64,000 bases of DNA from Alphaproteobacteria bacterium (GTDB taxonomy: Bacteria; Pseudomonadota; Alphaproteobacteria; SHVV01). Each line of letters begins with the position of its first letter. Position 1 is the first letter of the stretch. Location: the NCBI GenBank assembly GCA_965261735.1, contig OZ253470.1, positions 288,001-352,000 of the forward strand. The letters are read 5' to 3'. Below are positions 51,347 to 61,163 of the stretch, one piece after another. The notes under the pieces were generated by a model. That model saw only the letters and a list, made by a program, of their open reading frames with translations, had not been told where the DNA came from and did not search any database. The position numbers and the translations under genes are program-made.

Positions 51347-51464
51347 CAGCTATCTTCCAGCGTCGGTCGACGTAATCGTCGTAGTCCTCGATGAACCGCC
51401 CACCCCCACGTTGACGAATCTCCAGGCAACCGCCGACGCTAAATTGCGTCTCCATGTCGCCGCC

Positions 51465-52649
51465 CTAAGCGTGCTGCGTCTGCTGTTTGAAAAAGCCACC
51501 GGCGCGGAGCAGCTTGACGGCGTGCAACATGACAGCCGTGACGACGATCTGCCCGTTCGCCGCCTTGGTGATCTCGTCCGGAATGAGGGTAATTCCTTCC
51601 CAAATCGGACTGACCATATCCCGACGCGAACCAAGCCGGATCACGGCATTCTGCTTGTTGCTCGCAGCGGCAGGGACGTGAGCAGAGACTTTCACGCCAG
51701 CCGTGACGGACATAAGGTCCTCTAGCGCCGCACGGTCGCCCGCATTGTCGGAACGGAACACGCCAGCGGCATGGCCATAGGTCGAAGCGCCCATGACAAT
51801 GCGGAGATCGCCAACGCCCCCGGCGTAGGTTCCGTCCACGCGGCCATAACCCAATTCGCTGCGATAGTTGGCATAACTCGTGACGGCGGCGACGTTGTGA
51901 TTCGCCAAATTTGTGCCGGTGAAAAGCCCGTTGGTCCCGGCCAGGATTTGCTTGTCGAGTCCATCGGCCAGCGCGTCGGACAGGTTCATGCGCAGCGCTT
52001 CGTCCATGCTAGAGAATCGGGCACGATCCTCGCGAGAATAGAAAAAGCTCGCCTGCAAGCGCGAAGGCGAAAGCACGTCCGCAGCGAATGAGCCGGTCGT
52101 CTCCGCAGCCGGTCCATTCTCTGCGGGCGTATGAACATCGGCGTTCGTGCTGAGAACGGGATAGACCGCTTCGCCAACGGCAACGGTCGGCATATCCACA
52201 GACATGAAAGCCGCGCACGATTGCGGAAACACGCCAGGGATTATAGCGCTCTGATTCTGCGCCACCTGCCCCGGCGCCGGAGTGACGGCGCGAGTCTCAA
52301 GCAAGGTCAACGGGACCTGATTTGCACCAAGGCCAAAGTGCTGCTGAAGCTCGGCGGTATGGCCATCAGTCTGACGGTGTTCCAACGTCGCGGAAAAGAT
52401 CGCCCCGACATCCGAACCATCGATCAGACTGCGAAGCTCGCGACCCTCAGTGTCTTCGAAACGCGTCTCAGCCGGCGAATCTTCCGATGTGACGGAAGCC
52501 TGATACTTGGCTTCAACGTCCACATATTCGGTTCGCAGCGTCCCGATTTCGGAGCGCAGCTCGTCCGTCATTTCCTCAATCGCGGCCAGCTCAGCAAGCC
52601 GCTTGCGAATTTCAGAAGCACGCAAAGCATGGGTTTGACTGGCGAGCAT
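51465..52649 (-). CDS. Phage major capsid protein (HK97-like, coiled-coil scaffold N-terminus)
   Basis: 394 aa; N-terminal coiled coil, HK97-type pattern ('LADGLDKQILAG', 'LIPDEITKAANGQIVVTA'). Adjacent to HNH and terminase. Confidence 0.8.
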   Translation of the reverse strand: MLASQTHALRASEIRKRLAELAAIEEMTDELRSEIGTLRTEYVDVEAKYQASVTSEDSPAETRFEDTEGRELRSLIDGSDVGAIFSATLEHRQTDGHTAELQQHFGLGANQVPLTLLETRAVTPAPGQVAQNQSAIIPGVFPQSCAAFMSVDMPTVAVGEAVYPVLSTNADVHTPAENGPAAETTGSFAADVLSPSRLQASFFYSREDRARFSSMDEALRMNLSDALADGLDKQILAGTNGLFTGTNLANHNVAAVTSYANYRSELGYGRVDGTYAGGVGDLRIVMGASTYGHAAGVFRSDNAGDRAALEDLMSVTAGVKVSAHVPAAASNKQNAVIRLGSRRDMVSPIWEGITLIPDEITKAANGQIVVTAVMLHAVKLLRAGGFFKQQTQHA

Positions 52650-52771
52650 TTCTCTGGACCTCTGGCAAATTGATAGAAGATGCCAATACTCGGTCTAGAC
52701 TTGGCTCAGGGATATAGCGACTTTCCTCAATAGTAATTGACTTTCTCCAGAAGAGATAAAGGGTATAATTG

Positions 52772-52969
52772 GCAACCCCGGCAAAGCGTCTGGAGGCTGT
52801 TCGGATCGTAGGGGTCCTGTCCAGGATCGCGCTCTAATGGTGTGACGTGATCGCATTCTAGCCGTCCCGCCTTGCCGCACTGGACACAACGCCAGCCGTC
52901 ACGCTCGAAGACAGCGCGGCGTACGGCGTCCCAGCGGCGAGCATTCAGGTGGGTGTGGTGGCGGCTCAT
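52772..52969 (-). pseudogene. Phage HNH endonuclease, truncated
   Basis: 'RRWDAVRRAVFERDGWRCVQCG…LECDHV…NSLQTLCRGC', then unrelated AT-rich sequence replaces the final His. AAGGAGG RBS. Confidence 0.75.
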
Positions 52970-53033
52970 GTCCTCCTTTGCGAGAATAGTTTTAGAGGGG
53001 ACACAGGGCGTCACTCTGTGGCACCACTCACCA

Positions 53034-53543
53034 TCAGCGGCATGTCGTGATGCCGTCGGTAACTTTCTTTTGCCAGTTAAGCCCCAAGACGCGTTTAGCG
53101 TCCAACGCATTTTGATAGCCAGAATCTCCCGTATTCATCATGAAAACCTGCATCTGTGCGCTATTGCGTCCGGTCACCACCGTGATGGGCGGTGTGTAGG
53201 TTCGAAAATTGCCGTGCGCGGTTCGTCCGACAGTGTTCACAGTTCCGGTGGTGTACGAATTCGAACCCGGGACTTGGTGGACTTGCACGTTGCTATCCGT
53301 TCCAACTCCACTTAGCGAAAAGCGTTCATAACCCTGCCGCAGCGTAGCGACAGCTGCCATTTGATTTGCAACTCGCAGGGCTCCAGCAGTTCCGCAAGCT
53401 GGAGCTGCACTAGTCGAAACAACTGCCTGATTTCTTGAGGTTTGTAATATTTCCGTGCGCGCACAGGCAGTTAACCCAAACATCACAGCCAAAGCAGCGA
53501 CGGCGACGGCGTGCTGTCCCCAGCAGCGTTTACATAAGTCCAT
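53034..53543 (-). CDS. Lipoprotein of unknown function (cargo/moron)
   Basis: Lipobox LTAC, 'SAAPACG' motif, GGAGG RBS. Confidence 0.7.
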   Translation of the reverse strand: MDLCKRCWGQHAVAVAALAVMFGLTACARTEILQTSRNQAVVSTSAAPACGTAGALRVANQMAAVATLRQGYERFSLSGVGTDSNVQVHQVPGSNSYTTGTVNTVGRTAHGNFRTYTPPITVVTGRNSAQMQVFMMNTGDSGYQNALDAKRVLGLNWQKKVTDGITTCR

Positions 53544-53662
53544 CAGTTTTCCCCCTCCTGATACAAATTCACAAACGGCCGCCCTGAAGGCAATGGCCAG
53601 TCCGCCCTTCAGGCACCGTCCGTGTCCGTCTGTCTCATTAGGGGTTCCCCGCCCGTGCTCGA

Positions 53663-54373
53663 TCAACAGTCGAAATCAGCTGCCAGAACATCTCTCAGAC
53701 GTTGTTTTTCATTGTCAATAAACTGTTCCTTTTTACTTTCTCCATTTATTGCATGTATGTGACTTACACACTCTGATCCAATTTCTAACAATGTTACCAA
53801 GTCATTTCTTACCTGTTTGTCGTTGTGAATTATTTCTCCATATTCGTTGGACCACCCCATCAACACGCTTCTTGCTGATATATGAGTCGAATCATTCCAC
53901 CAATTATTTCTTTTTCTCATCCAAATCACAGTATCTGGGAGTACACCTTTCTCGTGAAGAGCATCCCACATCGCACGTAGACTCGGACGTTTTTTTTCAC
54001 TGGTCAAAGTAGTCCATTCCCTACGCTGGTCTTCGAAACTTCTAGTTAGAAAACTTTTGGCCTCCTTGTCGCCTGCGACGAATTCGAACCACATTCCACT
54101 AGTGAAACTCTCCAACATTGGTCTCTGCGTTATTCCGAACACCAGGCCTTCTCGCCGGTTTTCTAAACACCTCTTCAGTAGGTCCGCCCCCAATCGTGCT
54201 ATCCTCACCGTGGCGTTGTACTGCAAAATGGCTGCCGTACCTTTCAACCCAATTGTTGCAATGTAGTGCTCGCGAGGTTTCTTCGAACGTTCAACCTCTA
54301 GCTCCCAGTCCGAAAGACTTCGGTGAATTTCGTCTAGTATTTCGCTCAAATCAGCTGTCGACTGTATTGGCAT
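53663..54373 (-). CDS. Low-GC hypothetical protein (possible DUF5677/HEPN-like)
   Basis: Intact ORF with RBS; 'RPMLES' and 'NDSTH' motifs. Confidence 0.6.
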   Translation of the reverse strand: MPIQSTADLSEILDEIHRSLSDWELEVERSKKPREHYIATIGLKGTAAILQYNATVRIARLGADLLKRCLENRREGLVFGITQRPMLESFTSGMWFEFVAGDKEAKSFLTRSFEDQRREWTTLTSEKKRPSLRAMWDALHEKGVLPDTVIWMRKRNNWWNDSTHISARSVLMGWSNEYGEIIHNDKQVRNDLVTLLEIGSECVSHIHAINGESKKEQFIDNEKQRLRDVLAADFDC

Positions 54374-54633
54374 AGGTGCCGTCTCCTTCTACAGAGCCCC
54401 GCCCACCGAACTGGCTGCGCTTGCGCTGCGTCTGCTGGCGCAGTCGTCGCGTTCGAAGATGGCCTGAGGGCGGGCGTTTAAGTTTAGAAGGTGATGACTC
54501 ATCCCGCCAGCACCGCGCACCGCGCCTCGGACATGGCCGCCGCCAGCAACGGGCGAGACGACTCGGCGACCATTAACGGCCCATCCGCCGGTAGTGCCAG
54601 CGCGCCCGGTACAACGTGTCTTGTGGGATCGAG

Positions 54634-55045
54634 TTATACCATCCCCAGATAGACTCCGGCCCGCGGCCCAGCCTGAAGGCCCGACCTGATCCCGGCGGAC
54701 ACGGCCAAGATCGCCGCCGCGCTCGCGTCATCCTTGGCTCTCATTCGGCGCCCGCCTTCCGAGCCCTTGGCGAGTTTTTGATTTCCGGATGGGTCGCTGA
54801 TCGTCCTGGCTTCGGCCATCGCGCTCCGGAGCAGGAGTGATGGTGACGGCGACACCCGCCCCTCAGCGCATGCGCGGCGGAATTGTCGGACATCTTCGGC
54901 GCCGTCGCGGTAGCCCATGCCACGCACTTCCAGCGCGGCCGGGGGTACGCCGGCGGCCTCCAACGCGTCGCGCAATTCGGCTTCTCTCCAGCGGTCGGCG
55001 ACCACAAGATCAGGCCGGCCGAAGCGTTCCATGCCGGCTCTCAGG
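54634..55045 (-). pseudogene. Phage terminase large subunit, C-terminal fragment
   Basis: 'VVADRWR…RGMG…DPSGNQKLAK…KDDASAAAILAV' resembles the nuclease-domain end of HK97-type TerL. Confidence 0.7.
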
Positions 55046-55053
55046 AGGGGTCG

Positions 55054-55104
55054 GGCCGGGTAGGAGGGGCTCGGTAACGAGGTAACGACCCCTCCTACCC
55101 GGCC
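55054..55104. repeat. 16-bp perfect inverted repeat with a GGTAACGA x2 loop
   Basis: GGCCGGGTAGGAGGGG / CCCCTCCTACCCGGCC, located at the terminase breakpoint. Confidence 0.85.
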
Positions 55105-55201
55105 GCGTTCGGTTGTGGGGTGATGGGGGGGGGCAGCGGTACGAGAATTCAGGGTGATCGCCTCAACTTGTTTATTGAGCGCGCCGCATCTGTTGGTGTC
55201 A

Positions 55202-57706
55202 TCAAGGCTCTACGAGGACAAAGTCCGAGCCACGGGAGTAGCCGACGGGGACTTGGCTGATCGGCTCCTGCACTAGCCTGTAGGCGAGAGTGGGCATCTC
55301 CAACGTCACATAGTCGATGATCTCCCGCACGGAGACCCGTCCGTCGCTTTCTCGGTCGCCCATGCCGTCGGCAGCCCCGTGGATACCTTCGATGACGAGG
55401 TACGTCAGTGCACCGTGAGGTACAACCTGAAGCTCTGTGGCGTTCTCATGAGCCCGGGATGCAGCGAGAATGTGGATGCCGCCGACGCGGGCAAGACGCC
55501 GCAACGATTTCTGCGCGACCGTGTCGTCGAGACCGCCGCCACGCGAATTCGATAAGGCGTCGAACGCCCCCACAACCGCACCGGAGCGACACGAATCGAG
55601 GATGAGGAACACGCGTTGAGCACGTGCGCGCGTCAGCAGCTGCATAAGTCGTTTGCTGGACAGCCCGAAGCGGCGAATCTGCGCATCATGGTCGGCCTGC
55701 GAGGTCGCCTCGCGCTTCCACTCGCTCGTGAACGGGAGAAGGTACCACTCCCATCCGCCTCTCTCGCGAAACGCATATCCGTGGCCCGAGAAGTAGATCA
55801 CAAGCACATCGTTGGGCGACATGGAGGCTTCGAGAATACGTTCCTCGATTGCGGGCTTATTGGCCGACGCGTCGAGCAGTGTCACGGTCTGGACATCGGC
55901 AAAGACGCTGCCTCCTCGTTCGCGCAACGCGGAGACCAAGGCCTGCGCGTCGTTGCGCGCGTAGAACAATTCCCACGCTCGACGGACATAGTCGTTGATT
56001 CCGATGGCGACCATGCGCAGGGCGGGACGGGAAGGAGCCGCAGAGACGACCACGCTGCGTACCGGCGACGGCGGTCCCTCAATGCCACCGTATCCGACAC
56101 CGAGAGCCCGGAATTCATTGCGCCCGGGCGCCAGGGGCAAGCGAAACCGGGCAATTCCATCGGCCTTATCCAGCCGACCGTCGGGGACGAGCTTGGCGTT
56201 GTGATAAAGACGGATCTCAGATAGCAGCTTCACCGGGTAGTCGGATTCCGCCCGCCGCACTGTCACCGATATCGTTTCGCCCGGAACCCGACTATCGGAG
56301 GGCATCGGATCAATCACGACCCGGGGCGGACGGAGATAGCCTTCGTCGGAAAGGTCGTCGACCTCTGCGGTGAGGTAGTCGGCCCCATCGGGCGCCCCAA
56401 GCTTCGCCAAAAGCCCCGGCTCGAAATAGGGCTCCGAGAACGCATCGACCGGCAGATCATAACGGATTCTGGTTGCGGTCTCGCCTGACCAAGAGAGCGC
56501 ATCGACTCCCGCCTGCGAGCCGTCGAAGCGCCCGGCACGGTCGAGCACCGTCCAGCCCTGGGCGGTGGAGACGAGCCAGCCGACCGCTGTTGGCTCCCGG
56601 CTCTCAAGCGAATGGATGGCTATGGTCCCATCGTCCTCACCGCCGAAGACCCATTGTCTCGAGGTATCGAGCAGGAGCGGCTGTGAATAGCCCGGGGAGA
56701 ACTCTACTGACGCCAAGCGTCGGATCTTCCCGGACACCGTCCAGACCTCAACCAAACCGCCAGAGCCACGTGCCGCAATGCGAGTCCCGTCTCCGTTCAT
56801 CGCAAGTGCCTCAACCGTGCCGCCAAGCCGCTTGGTCGGCACGGTGAAAAGCCTCCTCGGCGCATTCTCGTCTGCCAGCGTCCACGCGCACAGATGCCCG
56901 CGTGCATCACCGAGCACGACGCGCGTTCCGATTGGTGTGAACACCCCCGTAGTGATCGGAACACCGCGGGCACAGCCCTTGAGGCGACCCAGGATCCGCA
57001 CCCCCGAGCCGGTGATCCGCCCATGGATCAGAGTGCCAGCCGCCGCAGGATAGACCACAGTGGACCCGTCGGGCGAGAGGATGGGCTGCCCCTCGCCGGC
57101 AGCATCGGAGAGTGCGACCGGGCGAGCGCCTATCGCGGCGACATGCCAGCGGCCATCACGGGTGCGAAATGCCATTGCGCTACCATCGGCCGAGAGCGAG
57201 GGGGTGGAACTGGCATCGAAGCCCCGGATGGCGGCCCCGAGGGCGCGGTGTTCGCCGTCGAGGTACAGCGCGCTCGTCGACCCATCGCGGTGGACGACCA
57301 CAATCTCGGCTGAACGCCCGGCCCCTCGAACAACTCCGGCGACAATGTCGCCAAAGCGCCCGCTGACCCGCATGCCGCGTTCGAGATCCCACAGATGCGC
57401 GGCTCCATCGGCATGCACAGCAAGAATCAGGCGCCGGGTCTTATCGGCGGAAAAAGCGATTGTGGCACCTGCCCGGCGCTGGGGGTCGATAACGAGCGTG
57501 GGTCGAATCCGGAATCGTTGGGGCTCGCTTACGATCCGTTTCCATGAGTCCAAAGTAGGCCGCGCCATCCCTTGCACGACGCTCCGCATGGTCGCTTCAG
57601 CGGGGTCCGCGCAGACGAAGGTGAGCACGGCGCCGGTGAGCAGCAGGGCAAGCACGCGCCTCCAAGGAAACGGTCCGATGACAAGATTCACCGAGACTGA
57701 GCCCAT
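55202..57706 (-). CDS. Exported WD40/beta-propeller + caspase (peptidase C14) protein
   Basis: Signal-like N-terminus, propeller repeats, 'IGINDY', His 'YFSGHG', Cys 'ILDSCRSG', 'HGALT'. Confidence 0.88.
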   Translation of the reverse strand: MGSVSVNLVIGPFPWRRVLALLLTGAVLTFVCADPAEATMRSVVQGMARPTLDSWKRIVSEPQRFRIRPTLVIDPQRRAGATIAFSADKTRRLILAVHADGAAHLWDLERGMRVSGRFGDIVAGVVRGAGRSAEIVVVHRDGSTSALYLDGEHRALGAAIRGFDASSTPSLSADGSAMAFRTRDGRWHVAAIGARPVALSDAAGEGQPILSPDGSTVVYPAAAGTLIHGRITGSGVRILGRLKGCARGVPITTGVFTPIGTRVVLGDARGHLCAWTLADENAPRRLFTVPTKRLGGTVEALAMNGDGTRIAARGSGGLVEVWTVSGKIRRLASVEFSPGYSQPLLLDTSRQWVFGGEDDGTIAIHSLESREPTAVGWLVSTAQGWTVLDRAGRFDGSQAGVDALSWSGETATRIRYDLPVDAFSEPYFEPGLLAKLGAPDGADYLTAEVDDLSDEGYLRPPRVVIDPMPSDSRVPGETISVTVRRAESDYPVKLLSEIRLYHNAKLVPDGRLDKADGIARFRLPLAPGRNEFRALGVGYGGIEGPPSPVRSVVVSAAPSRPALRMVAIGINDYVRRAWELFYARNDAQALVSALRERGGSVFADVQTVTLLDASANKPAIEERILEASMSPNDVLVIYFSGHGYAFRERGGWEWYLLPFTSEWKREATSQADHDAQIRRFGLSSKRLMQLLTRARAQRVFLILDSCRSGAVVGAFDALSNSRGGGLDDTVAQKSLRRLARVGGIHILAASRAHENATELQVVPHGALTYLVIEGIHGAADGMGDRESDGRVSVREIIDYVTLEMPTLAYRLVQEPISQVPVGYSRGSDFVLVEP

Positions 57707-57716
57707 CGCCCCAGAC

Positions 57717-59753
57717 CTACTGCGCCGGCATCACGGTCTCGTAGACCAGAATCGCGACAGAGCGATGAGAGTATTCTTCACCAGCGCGAAGCGCCTCGGC
57801 AAGCTCGACGAGATAGGCCTTGGGGCGCTCGACGACAGAGAGATCCTTGTGCCGCGAAGTCAGCGCGTCGACCTGAGAGGTCTCATCAGACACGACGGCG
57901 ACCAGCATCCCGAGGCCGACCGGCGGGCTCACCCGCAAGCGGAAGGATTGGTCGGGACCACTCTGAGGCACATGTTTCGCCTCACCTGCGCGCACATGCA
58001 CCGGAATACCGCTCGCTAAACTGAACTCATTGGGAAATATCTGCACCATGTCGCCCGTCGCATCGATATCGAGCAGCACGAGCTGGCCATCGCGGGGACT
58101 TGTGACGACGACCTCAAGCTCGGAGCCGACCTGAAGGCGCGTGCCCTGCCTGATGCGAAGGTTCACGCCGTTTCCGGGCTCCGCAGCGGTGCCCGGTGCC
58201 GGTCCGACAAGGATGTCTTTGACCGCTTTCGCCTGCAGAGGGAGCGATACGGCGACGGGTAGAAACGCGGGAGCGTCCATCGCATTCGAGGCACCATGGA
58301 GCTGCGGGGTGAGCCCACGCGGGCAGCGATTCGTGTGCCGCGCGCAGTAAGCTTCAGACTCGCGGAGCACGTACTCGTGGAGTTCTGAACGGGTTACGAC
58401 CCCATCGTCGTCGGCATCGGCCTCAGCGTCCCTCATTCCGGAAAGGATCCTGCGGGTGAACACGCTCAACGGACGGCCGCGCAGCTCCTCGTCCACGAGC
58501 GCCTTCTGATGAGCCGCGACTGCAGTCCACACTGTTACATCGGCCGTGCGAAGCTGCGGGTCCTTCGCCGAGAGGAACGCCTCGGGGACCGAAGTCGAGA
58601 CGGCTTGGCTCGCACCTACGGCTCCGAGGCGTAGCGGCCCGCCGTCAGGGCGGCGCGGGCTCTTGACATAGCGCCACCCCTCGCCGACTACCGAGATCCG
58701 GTCACTGGTGCCGGAGTGACAGGCATCGATGACCACGTTGACGCGGCGTCCGGAGAGCCGATTGAGCAATGTCGCCATCTCGTCATCCGTGATCATGCCC
58801 GCAATGGTCTCATCATCGCGCACGACCACGTCAACGGGCACGAGAGTCTCGTCGAAACGATCGGGCTCGTCGCCGTTCGTATCGGGCTGCTGGAAACCAT
58901 GGCCGCTGAAGAATAGAAAGATCTCATCGCCCGGCCTCGTCCCTTCAACAAGCCATTCCTCGACTTCACGAAGAATATTGGCCCTGGTCGCCTCGGCATC
59001 GAGCAGGAGTCGGACGTCGCCGGTGTCAAACCCGAGATCGTCGGTGATAAACGCGTGCATCGCCTTCACGTCGTTGACCGGGCCCACCAAAGGCGAGACA
59101 TGTTGATAGGCATCGATGCCTATCAACAATGCCTTGCGCGCTGAGTGCAGGGGTAAGGACGGCACACCGCCTCCGGCGGTCGGCCCCAGTAGCACGACCT
59201 CGACGCGGCGATTGCGCGCATCCTCACCCGGCACGCCGGGCAGCGAAAATTCCTCTCCCAAGCCAACCTCGACGAGCCTGTGCGCGGCGATGTGGTCCGC
59301 GACCAGACGGCGTTTGACGGCGCTAGCGCGCCTCAGCGAGAGTGCCCGGTTGTAGGCTCGATCACCTACACTGTCGGTGTGGCCCTGCACCGCGAAGACG
59401 AGGGAGCCCAGCGCGTCAAGCTTGAGCGCCTTCGCAAGCTCCGTGACCTGTTCCTGTGCACGAGGGGTCAGCCGATCGGAGTCGAACTCGAACTGAATGG
59501 CAGGCAGCGCGATTCGCCGCGAGACCGGATGCTCGGCAGGCGATGGCTGAGAAGCGCCAGGATCTTCACTGGCGGGCTCGTACTCGACCTTTCTCTTCCT
59601 CCCGGATGGGAGCGGAGTCGCTGGCGAGAGCTGGCTGGCGATCGCCTCAGCGGGAACGATGGGAGAAAATTCGGATGCGGTACTGATGCTCGATGAGCAC
59701 ACTCCAAACATGGCGAACACCAGTAGAAATCGCAGGAACGAGGTGCCGGTCAT
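57717..59753 (-). CDS. Exported OmpA-like + metacaspase + DUF4384 fusion protein
   Basis: OmpA 'GHTDSVG…YNRALSLRRA…NRRVEV'; 'KALLIGID', 'FSGHG', 'DETLVPVD', 'DACHSG'; C-terminal 'MVQIFPN'. Alternative start at 59852. Confidence 0.88.
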   Translation of the reverse strand: MTGTSFLRFLLVFAMFGVCSSSISTASEFSPIVPAEAIASQLSPATPLPSGRKRKVEYEPASEDPGASQPSPAEHPVSRRIALPAIQFEFDSDRLTPRAQEQVTELAKALKLDALGSLVFAVQGHTDSVGDRAYNRALSLRRASAVKRRLVADHIAAHRLVEVGLGEEFSLPGVPGEDARNRRVEVVLLGPTAGGGVPSLPLHSARKALLIGIDAYQHVSPLVGPVNDVKAMHAFITDDLGFDTGDVRLLLDAEATRANILREVEEWLVEGTRPGDEIFLFFSGHGFQQPDTNGDEPDRFDETLVPVDVVVRDDETIAGMITDDEMATLLNRLSGRRVNVVIDACHSGTSDRISVVGEGWRYVKSPRRPDGGPLRLGAVGASQAVSTSVPEAFLSAKDPQLRTADVTVWTAVAAHQKALVDEELRGRPLSVFTRRILSGMRDAEADADDDGVVTRSELHEYVLRESEAYCARHTNRCPRGLTPQLHGASNAMDAPAFLPVAVSLPLQAKAVKDILVGPAPGTAAEPGNGVNLRIRQGTRLQVGSELEVVVTSPRDGQLVLLDIDATGDMVQIFPNEFSLASGIPVHVRAGEAKHVPQSGPDQSFRLRVSPPVGLGMLVAVVSDETSQVDALTSRHKDLSVVERPKAYLVELAEALRAGEEYSHRSVAILVYETVMPAQ

Positions 59754-59848
59754 GACGATGGACTCATTGGCGAGAGGTGGCGAAGGGAGGCACTGCCTGC
59801 TACGGGAGCCGCGCGACAAGGGGAGGAAGATGCTCGGCCGAACACGCA

Positions 59849-60445
59849 TCAATGCGCCACCACCGAGGTCTGGAGTGTCGCCACACTCCAGTCGTCGGGA
59901 TTTATCCGTCCGAGTGCATCGTTCAGGCGACGGTTATACTGCGCGGGACTCAAATCGAGCGTGGCGATACCGCCAGCCTCTTTCAATAAATCTGCCCCCG
60001 AGAGGAACTCCAGGGGGCTGCGGGTCGCGACCAAATAGAAGGCTTCGTCTCCTGCGGGTGGCTTGACGACGATCTGAACGCCGCTCTCGGACAGGGGAAA
60101 GTCGATGATCTCCGCAGGGCGCATTGCGAGGTTGTGGATGAACCTCGTCACCTTGCATGACGTGCTCACGTGGAAGAGGCTGAGGAAAGAGGGGGAGCTG
60201 ACCCGCATCTGAAGACGAAGCGGCTCGCCCACGTTGAATCGGCCATCGGGCACTGCCCATGCTTCGACCACGAACTTGCGACCCTCGTATATGGTCGGCA
60301 ATTCGCACTGTGATGCGTATGCAGGCTTGGCGAGAAGCACTGCAACCGACAAAGACGCGACAACTAGAAGCAAGAGGCTACGAGGATGGATGGCGCTCGA
60401 CATGACGTCAGTCTCCGTTGCAGGTGCTTCACTGCGCAAAGCCAT
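59849..60445 (-). CDS. Exported DUF4384-like protein
   Basis: Signal peptide; 'VGEPLRL…VKPPAGDEAFYLVATRSP'. Confidence 0.75.
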   Translation of the reverse strand: MALRSEAPATETDVMSSAIHPRSLLLLVVASLSVAVLLAKPAYASQCELPTIYEGRKFVVEAWAVPDGRFNVGEPLRLQMRVSSPSFLSLFHVSTSCKVTRFIHNLAMRPAEIIDFPLSESGVQIVVKPPAGDEAFYLVATRSPLEFLSGADLLKEAGGIATLDLSPAQYNRRLNDALGRINPDDWSVATLQTSVVAH

Positions 60446-60461
60446 AACGGCAAAAAGGGAC

Positions 60462-61112
60462 CTACTCGATGTAAATGACTTGATGCTGTCCCACCCAGTG
60501 CGAATGAGCCTTCTTCAGCGAGATGCTTAGATCCTTAGCAACCGAGGCCGCATCGCCCCGAAGCGCCAGGAACGGCCCTGCCTGAGTCTCCTGATCGATC
60601 AAATCCTGTGCCAAGGGAGCACTGTCCTTCGATGCGATCACGGTGAGCAGTTCAGCCCCCTTCGGGTGGGAGACGACGAACTGGTAGTCGGCCTCCTGGC
60701 GCGGGATGGCGACCGGATTGTCCGCGAGCACAAAGTTGTCGCTCTCGTAACGGTTGGGGTAGACTTGATGCACCTTTCCGCTCGTACCGGTGTCGAATAC
60801 CCATACGTACGCGTCCTCGCTCACCTCGACGGTGATCACGAGGCTATCACCGTGGCTGTAGCGACCATCGGAGCGGTCGACCGCGGTCCTGACCGAAAGC
60901 CCCGGAGCCTCAGACTCCGGCTGGCTCGCGGGTATCGGCGCGAGATCCGCCATAGGGACCTGCCGGATATCGAGGTCCTTGAGATACACTGGTTCGGCGT
61001 TGGGTTGGGCGTCATCACCGCTCGCAAGTGGCGCTCCGAACTGGGTGAGCGCGAGAAACGCGGCCAAGGCAAGGGCTGCGCCCAAGGCGGGAAGCCGGGG
61101 TGAAGTGGCCAT
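60462..61112 (-). CDS. Exported DUF4384 protein
   Basis: AGGAGG RBS, signal peptide, 'YSHGDSL…DAYVWVF…GKVHQVYPN…PKGAELLTVIAS'. Confidence 0.8.
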   Translation of the reverse strand: MATSPRLPALGAALALAAFLALTQFGAPLASGDDAQPNAEPVYLKDLDIRQVPMADLAPIPASQPESEAPGLSVRTAVDRSDGRYSHGDSLVITVEVSEDAYVWVFDTGTSGKVHQVYPNRYESDNFVLADNPVAIPRQEADYQFVVSHPKGAELLTVIASKDSAPLAQDLIDQETQAGPFLALRGDAASVAKDLSISLKKAHSHWVGQHQVIYIE

Positions 61113-61163
61113 CGTTTTGTCCTCCTTTTAGCTAGTGTTGAACAAGTCAGGTACAGACTGCGA

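Noticed and set aside
51347-51464. McrB C-terminal remnant upstream of mcrC
   Set aside because: Plausible by position but too short and without a diagnostic motif.
55202-59753. Gasdermin/CHAT-type cytoplasmic abortive-infection caspase system
   Set aside because: No gasdermin, TIR or NLR partner nearby, and both proteases carry export signals.
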